Source: Patescibacteria group bacterium
Lineage (GTDB): Bacteria; Patescibacteriota; Minisyncoccia; Phycocordibacterales; UBA1550
NCBI GenBank assembly: GCA_038061275.1
Contig: JBBTZQ010000018.1
Location: 1 to 61,785 of the forward strand
Direction of reading: 5' to 3'
Length of the DNA: 61,785 nt
Notes under the pieces: model-generated
Told to the model about the DNA's origin: nothing
What the model saw: the letters and a program-made list of their open reading frames with translations, nothing else
The model's database searches: none
Made by a program: the position numbers and the translations under genes
Shown here: positions 1 through 9,298 of the stretch, in pieces
Layout: each line of letters begins with the position of its first letter
How positions within the stretch are numbered: the stretch's first letter is position 1

Positions 1-656
<656 letters not shown>

Positions 657-658
657 TC

Positions 659-895
659 ATGTTCAAGCTTACCGTCGCACAAGTAGACAAAACTATTTTC
701 TCAGGTGACATTGTTCAAGTTACCTGTCCGAGCACGGGAGGAGAGATCACGATCCTTTCGCACCATACACCCCTCGTCACTCCGCTCAAACGAGGCGAGC
801 TTCGCATTGTGGATGAGAAAGGAGAAATAACGAATATTCCTATCGAAGATGGCATTCTTGAAGTTGGGTCGAATGAAGCCTCAGTGCTTTTATAG
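659..895 (+). CDS. atpC: F0F1 ATP synthase subunit epsilon, short form (N-terminal domain only)
   Basis: Starts 2 nt after the atpD stop. Position and sequence (..GEITILSHHTPLVTPLKRGELRI..) fit the epsilon beta-sandwich domain. Only 78 aa. Confidence 0.75.
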   Translation: MFKLTVAQVDKTIFSGDIVQVTCPSTGGEITILSHHTPLVTPLKRGELRIVDEKGEITNIPIEDGILEVGSNEASVLL

Positions 896-992
896 GGGTT
901 GACAAAAGTTATAATGATGCTATTCTTTTTCTAAGTTAGATCTTTGTTATAAACATACCTGAATGTCTCAGAGATATTCCTAGGAGGAAGAG

Positions 993-1202
993 ATGAATAA
1001 TATTTTTTTAGACACACTTTTTGGCAAATTGATTCCGCTCGTTATTGTCTTATGTTCTGGGCTAATTTTAGCAGACATTACTATCAATGGTATTGTTTGG
1101 ACTTTTTCCACAGCAATATGGATTGCTCTCTACGCATTCGTCTTGTGTTGTGGTTTGTGGCTAAGTCGTTTTTGGAAGGCAGAAACAAATCATAAACAAT
1201 AA
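993..1202 (+). CDS. small hypothetical membrane protein (2 predicted TM helices)
   Basis: 69-aa ORF with GGAGG-like SD (taggaggaagag) upstream, hydrophobic sequence, and a terminator hairpin just downstream. Confidence 0.4.
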   Translation: MNNIFLDTLFGKLIPLVIVLCSGLILADITINGIVWTFSTAIWIALYAFVLCCGLWLSRFWKAETNHKQ

Positions 1203-1217
1203 TACCATAAAAGGAAA

Positions 1218-1250
1218 ACCCGAGTGTCATGCTCGGGTCTTTTATTTTTT
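1218..1250 (+). terminator. rho-independent terminator
   Basis: Stem acccgag/ctcgggt with 7-nt loop, followed by cttttatttttt. Confidence 0.7.
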
Positions 1251-1307
1251 AAACAAATAAAATTTATTATATACCCAAAACTTTTTTGGGATCCGAAATC
1301 CTAAATT

Positions 1308-1339
1308 AAGAATAAGCTCACGACCGTGAGCTTATTCTT
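1308..1339 (-). terminator. long hairpin 3' of the UDG gene (possible bidirectional terminator)
   Basis: aagaataagctcacg / cgtgagcttattctt, near-perfect 13-15 bp stem located 3 nt beyond the minus-strand stop codon. Confidence 0.55.
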
Positions 1340-1341
1340 AA

Positions 1342-1929
1342 CTATGATTTCGAGTTTTGTTCTAACTTTTTCAGGATCTTCGGAATCTTTTTGAAATCTT
1401 TTTTAAGTGTCTCGCGGAGGGCGCCATTGTAGAGTGCGGCTGCAGGATGATAGAGGGGGAGGATATATCGCACTTTGCCTAAAGACTCTGTTGTAAAAAT
1501 TTCTCCATGGGATTCAGATATTTTTTTCTCGGGAAAGAAATTATTCATGGCGTATCGTCCGAGCGTTATGATGAGTGTCGGATCAATGAGCTCAACTTCT
1601 TCCTTGAGCCACAGACTGCACTCGCTAATTTCTTTTGGTGTCGGGTCGCGGTTTTCTGGAGGACGGTATTTTACGAGGTTGGTTATGTAGATATCTTCGC
1701 GTTTCATTTTTATACTCGCAAGCATCTCATCGAGAAATTTCCCCGCAGCCCCCACGAACGGTTTTCCTCCCGCGTCTTCTTTTGCGCCCGGCGCTTCGCC
1801 GATAAATATAATAGTCGCATCAGCGTTTCCGTGACCAGGGACGCCTTGAGTCGCGGTTTTCTTGAGGCCACACGTGCATTCTGAAAGCCACTTTTCGTGG
1901 AGTGCTTTGAGTCTTTTTGCCTTGTCCAT
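1342..1929 (-). CDS. uracil-DNA glycosylase, family 4
   Basis: Motif IIFIGEAPGAKEDAGGKPFVGAAGKFLDEML matches the family-4 UDG signature GEAPG..E...G.PFVG.AG. C-terminal HPAA motif present. Confidence 0.85.
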   Translation of the reverse strand: MDKAKRLKALHEKWLSECTCGLKKTATQGVPGHGNADATIIFIGEAPGAKEDAGGKPFVGAAGKFLDEMLASIKMKREDIYITNLVKYRPPENRDPTPKEISECSLWLKEEVELIDPTLIITLGRYAMNNFFPEKKISESHGEIFTTESLGKVRYILPLYHPAAALYNGALRETLKKDFKKIPKILKKLEQNSKS

Positions 1930-1992
1930 ATTTTGATACTATCATTCTTTAGGCTATGAAGACAATTTAGCATTTTATGATACGATTATCAC

Positions 1993-2325
1993 ATGAAGCT
2001 AACAGAACAAAAATGCGTTGCATGCGAAGGAGGTGTAATTCCATTTTCGGCTAAAGAGGCAACAATTTTGCTTGAACAAATTCCAGGATGGGTTCTTCTA
2101 GATGATAAAAAAACCATAAGTAAAGAATACACATGGAAAGATTTCAAAGAAGCACTCGCGTTCGTGAACAAAGTAGGAGACATTGCTGAGAGTGAAGGAC
2201 ATCATCCCGATATTCATTTGACCAATTTCAAAGAGGTGCGAATCGATCTCAGTACTCATGCGATAGACGGACTTTCTCAAAATGACTACATTGTCGCTGC
2301 AAAGATTGACGACAGAGCGCTATGA
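1993..2325 (+). CDS. 4a-hydroxytetrahydrobiopterin (pterin-4a-carbinolamine) dehydratase, PCD/DCoH family
   Basis: 110 aa. The ..FKEALAFVNKVGDIAESEGHHPDIHLTNFKEVRIDLSTH.. core (HHPD..) is typical of PCD. Confidence 0.8.
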   Translation: MKLTEQKCVACEGGVIPFSAKEATILLEQIPGWVLLDDKKTISKEYTWKDFKEALAFVNKVGDIAESEGHHPDIHLTNFKEVRIDLSTHAIDGLSQNDYIVAAKIDDRAL

Positions 2326-2783
2326 ACTACTGGCTCATGAAAAGCGAGGAGGACGAGTATTCGATAGACATGCTCAAAAAAGACAAACGCGCGCCGTGGT
2401 TCGGTGTTCGCAATTTTCAAGCACGCAATTTCATGCGTGATGACATGAAGATAGGGGATAAGGTACTTTTCTATCATTCAAATGCAAATCCGTCTGCGGT
2501 AGTTGGCCTTGCAAAAGTTGCGAGCGATCCTCATACGGACAAAACTGCGCTTGATAAAAAGAGTAAGTATTCCGATGTACGTTCTACAAAAGAGAAGCCT
2601 ATCTGGGAATGTGTGGACGTAGAATTCGTATCAAAACTTAATAATGTTGTCACACTTGAGTATATAAAAGGAGATGCTGAACTCTCAAATATGCTTGTCG
2701 CAAAGCGTGGACAACGACTCTCAATTCAGCCCGTCGAAAAGAGCCATTTTGATAGAATTATTGAACTAGGTACCGGTAAGTAA
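2322..2783 (+). CDS. EVE (PUA-like) domain protein
   Basis: Start overlaps the PCD stop (ATGA). MNYWLMKSEEDEYSIDML...GVRNFQARNFMRDDMKIGDKVLFYHSN...VVGLAKVAS fits the EVE/ASCH-like fold family. Confidence 0.75.
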   Translation: MNYWLMKSEEDEYSIDMLKKDKRAPWFGVRNFQARNFMRDDMKIGDKVLFYHSNANPSAVVGLAKVASDPHTDKTALDKKSKYSDVRSTKEKPIWECVDVEFVSKLNNVVTLEYIKGDAELSNMLVAKRGQRLSIQPVEKSHFDRIIELGTGK

Positions 2784-2787
2784 AAGT

Positions 2788-4302
2788 TTGAATTTTTATG
2801 ATATAGTCTTATCAATGTCAATTACGATATCAAAAACAGATTATTTGGTGTATAGGGATTGCCCCAAAAATGCGTGGCTTAAAAAGCACCGCCCTGAAGT
2901 CTATTTCAAGACTGAACTTGCCTCATTCGAGAAGCTCATCATTGAGACTGGAAACGAAGTTGAGAAGGTAGCGCGTACGCTTTTCCCAACAGGAGTTTTG
3001 ATTAAAGGGCATGACGAGGCTGCAATTGAGGAAACTCAGAAAAAACTTGGCGAAGGAGTCCAAACGCTTTTTCAGCCAATTTTTCATAAAGAAAATTTTC
3101 TTGCTGCCGTTGACGTTTTAAAATTCGATGAAGAATCTGGGGAATATACTATTTGTGAAATCAAAGCGACGAGTGAGGCCGACGAGAAGACACACTACTA
3201 CGACCTCGCATTTCAGACAAACCTTCTTCGTATGAGTGGATTGAATGTGACGACGATGAGTCTTCTGCATTTGAATTCGGATTACGTTCGAGAAGGGGAC
3301 ATCGACGTGACAGGATTATTTACTATCGAGGATGTGACTCTCGAGATCGAGAGCATGATTGAGGAGGTCGCGGGGGAGATGGAGTCGGCGCTCGCATATA
3401 TTTCAAACGAGACGGAGCCTACAGGATCTTGCACGTGTATTTACAAAGGAAGGTCGAAACATTGCGTTACGTTTGATCATTCGAACCCTGAGATTCCAGC
3501 CTATGGAGTTCACGATATAGCACGCATTGGTTCGAGTAAAGCTAAGCTCCGCGAGCTCATCGATAGCAACATATTTGAGTTCGAAAATATTCCTGATGGT
3601 ATGAAGTTCTCGGACACTCAGCAGAATCAGATTGATGCGCATGTTCTGGACCGAGCGACCATTGATCGTGAAAATATAAGAGAGGAACTCAGTGGTTTAT
3701 CTTTCCCACTCTATTTTTTGGATTACGAAACATTCCCATCAGCGATTCCGCTTTATGACGGATTTTCTCCTTACCAACAGATTCCATTTCAGTACTCACT
3801 TCATATTTTGCGTGATAAGGATGCTAAACTTGAGCACCGTGAATTCCTTTACACTGAAGCTGGGGATCCAAGCAAAGCGCTTTTTGAAGCAATGCAAAAA
3901 GATATCGGAAGCGTGGGGAGTGTTATTGTATGGAATAAGAGTTTTGAACGAGGAAGAAATGAGGAGATTGCGCAGAGGATTCCAGAGGCGCGTGCATTTA
4001 TGGACTCGGTCAACAGTCGCCTCTACGACCTCATGGATGTTTTCAAGAAACAATTTTATGTCCACAAAGATTTCAAAGGAAGCACTTCTATAAAAAAAAT
4101 ATTGCCGGTTCTTGCGCCAGAACTTTCTTATAAAACGCTCGGAATCCAAGAAGGAGGTACCGCTGCGGAGAGTTGGAATAAAATGATTATAGGGAGTCTT
4201 TCTATAGATGAAAAGAAAAAAATCGCCACTGATCTTAAAGAGTATTGTGGGCTAGATAGTTTTGCGATGTATGAGATATGGAGAGTTCTTGACGCGATGT
4301 AG
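2788..4302 (+). CDS. DUF2779-type protein (N-terminal PD-(D/E)XK-like nuclease module plus C-terminal RNase H-like/DEDD-like module)
   Basis: ISKTDYLVYRDCPKNAWLKK.. N-terminus, D..EIK nuclease-like motif (VDVLKF..YTICEIKAT), and C-terminal FPLYFLDYETF. TTG at 2788 or ATG at 2815 are possible starts. Confidence 0.65.
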   Translation: MNFYDIVLSMSITISKTDYLVYRDCPKNAWLKKHRPEVYFKTELASFEKLIIETGNEVEKVARTLFPTGVLIKGHDEAAIEETQKKLGEGVQTLFQPIFHKENFLAAVDVLKFDEESGEYTICEIKATSEADEKTHYYDLAFQTNLLRMSGLNVTTMSLLHLNSDYVREGDIDVTGLFTIEDVTLEIESMIEEVAGEMESALAYISNETEPTGSCTCIYKGRSKHCVTFDHSNPEIPAYGVHDIARIGSSKAKLRELIDSNIFEFENIPDGMKFSDTQQNQIDAHVLDRATIDRENIREELSGLSFPLYFLDYETFPSAIPLYDGFSPYQQIPFQYSLHILRDKDAKLEHREFLYTEAGDPSKALFEAMQKDIGSVGSVIVWNKSFERGRNEEIAQRIPEARAFMDSVNSRLYDLMDVFKKQFYVHKDFKGSTSIKKILPVLAPELSYKTLGIQEGGTAAESWNKMIIGSLSIDEKKKIATDLKEYCGLDSFAMYEIWRVLDAM

Positions 4303-4357
4303 GTTTTATGCGATAGTTCCACTAGATTCTTCGTTACAATAACTTTAGGGGAAAGTC

Positions 4358-4627
4358 ATGACAAAAGGCGTATCGAAAGTCCCGAAACCTGAATATGAAA
4401 AATGGCAGATTGTTGATGTCTATGAACGCGTTACTAGAGGGCCCTGCAAAGGAACTCCTCGAAAATCGTATCAAGGGCAAATAGCTGACATTCGGATTGT
4501 TCTTGAAAAGGTAGAATATCAGGTCCGTCGCATTGTGATTGGCAAAGATTTATCTGTTAAGGGTTATGAGAATTTCTCGGAACCAATTAAATGGATTTCT
4601 GAAGAACTCATCGAGCTCATCAAATGA
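4358..4627 (+). CDS. hypothetical protein
   Basis: 89-aa ORF with gggGAAAG SD-like sequence upstream. No recognisable motif. Confidence 0.4.
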   Translation: MTKGVSKVPKPEYEKWQIVDVYERVTRGPCKGTPRKSYQGQIADIRIVLEKVEYQVRRIVIGKDLSVKGYENFSEPIKWISEELIELIK

Positions 4628-4640
4628 TATAGAAACTTCA

Positions 4641-5090
4641 ATGGAGGCAACGATGCAAAGTTTTTTTACGGGAATAGTGACTTTCTTTACGAACTTTCCT
4701 TCTTTTGAAAGTCTTTTTTTTGAAAGCAGGTTTGGGAAACCGCTCTATCGCATAAATTTTTGCGATTTCCCAAGTTCAAAAAGCACTTTCAGTGATACTG
4801 AGTCAGAACTTATGGACGAGTATACGTTCGCACGATCCATGACGCGAGTTATTGCAAGCGGACAATGGGTGCTCACTGATGAGAATTTTTTGGTGTACAC
4901 TGAGCTCTTTCATGATTTAAAAATTGTTGGTGGATCCATTCCGCTCGATAAAAATCTCTTAAAACTGTCTTCCATGGGTCGCAAATATAACTACGAGGGG
5001 TACATACGCGAGTCTACAGAATTTTGTGTCAGACCACAGGAAATTAAGGAGAGAGGAAGGAATGCGATCGTAGAAATCAATTTTGAATGA
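4641..5090 (+). CDS. hypothetical protein
   Basis: ORF open from 4539 but overlapping the previous gene. ATG at 4641, or ATG at 4653 preceded by GGAGG, are the likely starts. Terminator follows. Confidence 0.45.
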   Translation: MEATMQSFFTGIVTFFTNFPSFESLFFESRFGKPLYRINFCDFPSSKSTFSDTESELMDEYTFARSMTRVIASGQWVLTDENFLVYTELFHDLKIVGGSIPLDKNLLKLSSMGRKYNYEGYIRESTEFCVRPQEIKERGRNAIVEINFE

Positions 5091-5110
5091 TGTGTGATTT
5101 AATGCATCAA

Positions 5111-5139
5111 AAGGGCTGTCTCACGACAGCCCTTTTTTA
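5111..5139 (+). terminator. rho-independent terminator
   Basis: aagggctgtc tcac gacagccctt followed by a T-run. Confidence 0.8.
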
Positions 5140-5179
5140 TATTTGTGTTTTGGCGGTTACTGTGGTATAATAAAAAAGT

Positions 5180-5989
5180 ATGAATGAACTAAAGCCCAAA
5201 CCGAAGAAAAACACCCATCATAAGAAAAAAATAAAAAAGACCTCTTGGGGAGGTGTCGCTGGATGGTACGATCAGCTTTTAGAAAAAAATGATGATACCT
5301 ACCAGACGAACGTGGTCTTGCCGAACCTAGTTCGAGCATTGGAAATTCGCAAAGGCCTTCGCGTTCTAGACCTTGCTTGCGGGCAAGGATTTTTCTCTCG
5401 AGCGTTTGCGCTAGAAGGAGCAGAAGTTGCGGGCGTTGATATTTCAAGCGAGCTCATTGACCTCGCAAAGAAACAATCGCCAAAGGAAATCAAATATTTC
5501 GTACGCTCTGCAGACGACCTTAGTGTATTTCAAGATGGATATTTTGAAAGGATTACCATTGTTTTATCAATACAAAATATTGAAGCACCCCATAAAGTTT
5601 TTAAAGAGTGCGCGCGTATACTTGCGCCCCAAGGGAAGCTTTTTATTGTCCTTAATCATCCCGCATTTCGTGTACCCAAAGAAAGTTCGTGGGGTTATGA
5701 TGAATCCACAAATATTCAGTACCGTCGCATTGACCGCTATATGTCGGAGAGTAAAGTAGAAATTGATATGAACCCAAGCAGACCTGGCTCAGTGAAGACG
5801 ATATCATTTCATCGTCCACTACAGTACTATTTCAAGACACTAGCAAATGCTGGATTTGCAACGACTCGTCTTGAAGAATGGCTTTCACATCGCGAAAGTG
5901 GACATGGCCCTAAAAAAGAAGCAGAGGACCGCGCGCGTATGGAGATACCACTTTTCCTTTTTCTTGAAGCACAAAAGCTGGTTAAATAA
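5180..5989 (+). CDS. class I SAM-dependent methyltransferase
   Basis: Motif I RVLDLACGQGFFS and acidic loop GVDIS, Methyltransf_11-like layout. Lys-rich N-terminal tail. Confidence 0.8.
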   Translation: MNELKPKPKKNTHHKKKIKKTSWGGVAGWYDQLLEKNDDTYQTNVVLPNLVRALEIRKGLRVLDLACGQGFFSRAFALEGAEVAGVDISSELIDLAKKQSPKEIKYFVRSADDLSVFQDGYFERITIVLSIQNIEAPHKVFKECARILAPQGKLFIVLNHPAFRVPKESSWGYDESTNIQYRRIDRYMSESKVEIDMNPSRPGSVKTISFHRPLQYYFKTLANAGFATTRLEEWLSHRESGHGPKKEAEDRARMEIPLFLFLEAQKLVK

Positions 5990-6018
5990 TTTTAGGCCCA
6001 TATGTTAGACTAAGTCTG

Positions 6019-6981
6019 ATGAGAAACTTATCGGGAGCAATATTCTTGGTATTGATTACTACCGGAGCATTCGGCGCTACTTTTTTGTATTTACAAAACA
6101 AGGCTCCTGTTGAGTTTGCACAAAAAGAAAATTCAGAAATTATTGGAATTATTGCTACGAGTACTCCGGTAGAGGATTCCAATACAAAGATTGTCGGCAC
6201 ACTTATAGCAACTAGTACTGAAGTAAAAAAAGTCACTGCGACACCTAAAAACATAGTTACTCCCGGCACCCTCGTAGCTCCGAAACTTACTGCCTCCATA
6301 TCGCCCGATCCTCTCACTGCTGATGGCGTGCTTTTCTTTACTAATGAAGCTCGTCTAAAAAATGGAGAACTCCCGCCACTTGCGAGAAACGCACTACTCA
6401 ACAATTTGGCTCAGATAAAACTCGCAGACATGTTTGCAAAGCAATATTTTGAACATATTTCGCCAATGGGGGTAGGCCCTGGAGATCTTGCAAAGACGGT
6501 TGGGTATGAGTTTGTGACTGTGGGAGAAAATCTCGCGCTCGGAGATTTTGAAAATGACGAGGCCTTGGTAGAGGCTTGGATGAACAGTCCAGGGCACCGA
6601 GCCAATATTTTAAATTTACGCTACACTGAAATTGGAATTGCCGTGGGGAAAGGGATGTATGAAGGGAATGAAACGTGGCTTACGGTCCAAAGTTTCGGTA
6701 TGCCGCTGTCGCTCTGTCCTGTGCTTAATACGGCGATCCGAGAGAAGATTGAAAAAAATAATGTTGAGATTGCAAGCATACAAAGCACGCTTGACGCACG
6801 GCGTGTGCGCATAGAGTCGACTCCACAAAGTGACCCAAACTACAATGCTTACGTCGCCGAATACAACGGGTTGATTCCGAGTTATGATGTGTTTGTCGCT
6901 CTGAATAAGGATCTCGTTTCAGCATTTAATTTGCAAGTAAAAGCATACAATGAGTGTATTTCAGGCGACAGCATCCATTAA
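6019..6981 (+). CDS. secreted/membrane-anchored CAP (SCP/PR-1, YkwD-like) domain protein
   Basis: N-terminal signal/TM segment. ..GENLALGDFENDEALVEAWMNSPGHRANILNLRYTEIGIAV.. is the CAP-domain core. Confidence 0.75.
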   Translation: MRNLSGAIFLVLITTGAFGATFLYLQNKAPVEFAQKENSEIIGIIATSTPVEDSNTKIVGTLIATSTEVKKVTATPKNIVTPGTLVAPKLTASISPDPLTADGVLFFTNEARLKNGELPPLARNALLNNLAQIKLADMFAKQYFEHISPMGVGPGDLAKTVGYEFVTVGENLALGDFENDEALVEAWMNSPGHRANILNLRYTEIGIAVGKGMYEGNETWLTVQSFGMPLSLCPVLNTAIREKIEKNNVEIASIQSTLDARRVRIESTPQSDPNYNAYVAEYNGLIPSYDVFVALNKDLVSAFNLQVKAYNECISGDSIH

Positions 6982-7036
6982 GATTTTTCATCGTATGGGT
7001 TTTGGTGGCGAAGGAACACAAAGACATGTATAATAG

Positions 7037-8080
7037 ATGTATCTTATGGGCAACACGAAACTACAAGTATATTTTATAGTTACCGTTCTTTTGGTCATCT
7101 CGGTCCTCACGTTTTTTATTTTTGAGCCTTTTCTCTCGGCTCTTGTACTTGCGATTGTGTGCGTGGTTGTGTTTAAACCTATTCACAAGAGGATCCTCGC
7201 TAATTTTGAAGAGTGGCCAGGACTTGCTGCGTTAGCAACGATTTCCGTCATCCTTGTCTTTGTGGTAACGCCTCTTTCGTTATTAGGCTCGCAGATTTTT
7301 CAGGAGGCGGGTCAAATATATTCATATTTGACCCACGAGGAAGGGAAAAGTGCTCTCACAAATGTGCTCAATATGGCATTGAGAGATATTGAAACGTACG
7401 TTCCTGTTGCTCAAGGATTTTCAGTGAACGTGGATCAATATATCAAACAGGGGCTTGAGTGGTTTCTTGGGAATCTCGGAGTTGTCTTCTCGAACCTTGC
7501 GAAAATTTTGTTAAGTTTGTTTGTATTTATTATTGCATTGTATTACTTGCTCAAGGACGGATACAAAATAAGAAAATTTATTGTTGCGCTTAGTCCATTG
7601 TCTGACGGTGATGACGAGGTGATTTTGAAAAAATTAGAAACTTCGGTTAATTCTATTGTGCGCGGTAGTCTCCTCATTGGATTTATTCAAGGAATTCTCA
7701 CGATGATCGGGTTTACGATTTTCGGTGTTCCCAACCCAATTCTTTGGGGAAGTATCGCAATGATAGCGTCACTTGTCCCGGGAATAGGGACTACGCTTGT
7801 CCTTGCTCCCGCTGTTTTGTTCCTCTTCTTGACTGGAGAGACGATATCGGGTTTTGGACTTCTTGCTTGGGGAATAGGTGCGGTAGGACTTGTTGATAAT
7901 CTTCTCGGACCAAAGCTTATTGGAAAGGGGATGCAACTTCATCCGCTCTTAGTACTCCTCGCGGTCCTTGGTGGACTAGCCTTCTTTGGGCCTATCGGAA
8001 TATTCTTGGGGCCACTTACGCTGAGCCTCCTCATTTCTATCTTAGAACTTCACTTTTCATTATCAAAACAAAAAAACTAG
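7037..8080 (+). CDS. AI-2E family transporter (PerM/UPF0118)
   Basis: 347-aa polytopic membrane protein. ..VNSIVRGSLLIGFIQGILTMIGFTIFGVPNPILWG.. is characteristic of AI-2E/PerM permeases. Confidence 0.8.
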   Translation: MYLMGNTKLQVYFIVTVLLVISVLTFFIFEPFLSALVLAIVCVVVFKPIHKRILANFEEWPGLAALATISVILVFVVTPLSLLGSQIFQEAGQIYSYLTHEEGKSALTNVLNMALRDIETYVPVAQGFSVNVDQYIKQGLEWFLGNLGVVFSNLAKILLSLFVFIIALYYLLKDGYKIRKFIVALSPLSDGDDEVILKKLETSVNSIVRGSLLIGFIQGILTMIGFTIFGVPNPILWGSIAMIASLVPGIGTTLVLAPAVLFLFLTGETISGFGLLAWGIGAVGLVDNLLGPKLIGKGMQLHPLLVLLAVLGGLAFFGPIGIFLGPLTLSLLISILELHFSLSKQKN

Positions 8081-8149
8081 GCTCATAAATTTTTGCGTAA
8101 AAGTTTATATGTTGTTGTCGTTTTTCTTATCTTTTGCTATCATATCCGC

Positions 8150-8374
8150 ATGATAAAAGATTTTTTATTGAAGCAAATGCTTAAGCGACAGCTCAAAGGT
8201 CTTCCTGAAGCTGAGATTGACCGTATTGTAGAACTCGTGGGCAAAAACCCAGAAGTCTTCAAAAAGATAGGCGATGAAATCAAAGCAAAGGTAAAGAGTG
8301 GACGTTCTCAGACTGCAGCAACTATGGAAGTTATGAGAGCACATCAGTCTGAGCTACAGAAAATTTTGAAATAG
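8150..8374 (+). CDS. hypothetical small protein
   Basis: ORF track starts at 8093. The first ATG (8150, MIKDFLLKQ..) is the more likely start. Charged helical sequence with no recognisable motif. Confidence 0.4.
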   Translation: MIKDFLLKQMLKRQLKGLPEAEIDRIVELVGKNPEVFKKIGDEIKAKVKSGRSQTAATMEVMRAHQSELQKILK

Positions 8375-8544
8375 GCGACTCATAACAAAAACCTTTTTGA
8401 GGAAGTTTTTTGTTTTTAAAATTTTAGCATCGCATTCTCCTGCAAAAGTATAGAAACGGAATATTATTTTTTCACAGCGTATACTCGTAATTATTGATCC
8501 AATAACCGTTAAAAGACTCTGGTATCGCGACAGACTTATTACTT

Positions 8545-8596
8545 AAGAAAAATAAAAACAAAAAACCCACCGAAGCAGGTTTCCTGTCGGTGGGTT
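8545..8596 (-). terminator. rho-independent terminator of the 8626..9141 gene
   Basis: aacccaccga...tcggtgggtt stem with inner cagg/cctg pairs. On the minus strand it is followed by ttttgtttttattttt. Confidence 0.8.
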
Positions 8597-8625
8597 GCGT
8601 TTAGTGATGTTCAAGTCTTGTGATT

Positions 8626-9141
8626 TCAATAATAGTTTGTAGTTTCCCATCCAAACCATTCTGGCGGATCAAAAGATTGCGCACCTACAAAGGAATCAAA
8701 CTTCGCTGTTATCAGCAGATACCCAGCTCCTATCTCGCCGATAAGAGTATTTATTTCTATTACGGCGCCACATAAACAAAGATTTGCGTAGCGGTTTATC
8801 GAATAATACCCAGAATCGCTCCATAAGTCATCAAATTGCTCTTCAGTAATATTGACCTCGTATCTGTATCGGGAGATACCTTGGCCGTTTTTTCTTGTCA
8901 AAAAATATGTATGAGTTTCCCCAGAACATTCCTTCCGAATATACATCTCGTAATCGGCATCCAAATGTTGCAATAGCACAGAGCAGGATTTAAGTTCTGC
9001 AAGGTCAAGGGAAATCCCTCCTTCTTCGCGAGGCAAGTCTTCCAATTTAAGTATGAACGACCGTGTGTGCTCAAGAACAGGGGAGGCTTGGTTTAGTGCA
9101 CTAGCAGGGGAGGCTTTGGTCAAAGCAGAACTCTTGGTCAT
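8626..9141 (-). CDS. hypothetical protein, possibly CYTH-like fold with degenerate catalytic motif
   Basis: C-terminal ..GAVIEINTLIGEIGAGYLLITAKFDSFVGAQSFDPPEWFGWETTNYY resembles the CYTH tail (..D.F.G.L.GL.LAEVEF....F..P.W.G.EVT.D..Y). The N-terminal ExExK is not conserved. Recognition from memory only. Confidence 0.35.
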   Translation of the reverse strand: MTKSSALTKASPASALNQASPVLEHTRSFILKLEDLPREEGGISLDLAELKSCSVLLQHLDADYEMYIRKECSGETHTYFLTRKNGQGISRYRYEVNITEEQFDDLWSDSGYYSINRYANLCLCGAVIEINTLIGEIGAGYLLITAKFDSFVGAQSFDPPEWFGWETTNYY

Positions 9142-9298
9142 GGTTTGCTCCTAGGTTGGCCTAATAAAGAATCTGTGCTCATTATACATACAAAAGCTTT
9201 TTTAGCTATTGATATGACTTAAGATATCTTTTAACCTTTACACCCAAAGCGGTGTCTGTTAGGATGCGACAGTAGGGAAAAATCTAATTTAAACTTTT

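Noticed and set aside
899-915. Perfect TTGACA and TATAAT hexamers
   Set aside because: They are only 5 nt apart and cannot form one promoter. TTGACA with a weak TATTCT 16 nt downstream is possible, but I did not list it as a feature.
4539-4640. Overlap of ORFs 4358-4627 and 4539-5090 as a possible frameshifted single gene or programmed frameshift
   Set aside because: There is no slippery heptamer in the 89-nt overlap. A GGAGG-ATG (4653) gives an independent start. A 34-codon open stretch can occur by chance. The case is unresolved without homologs.
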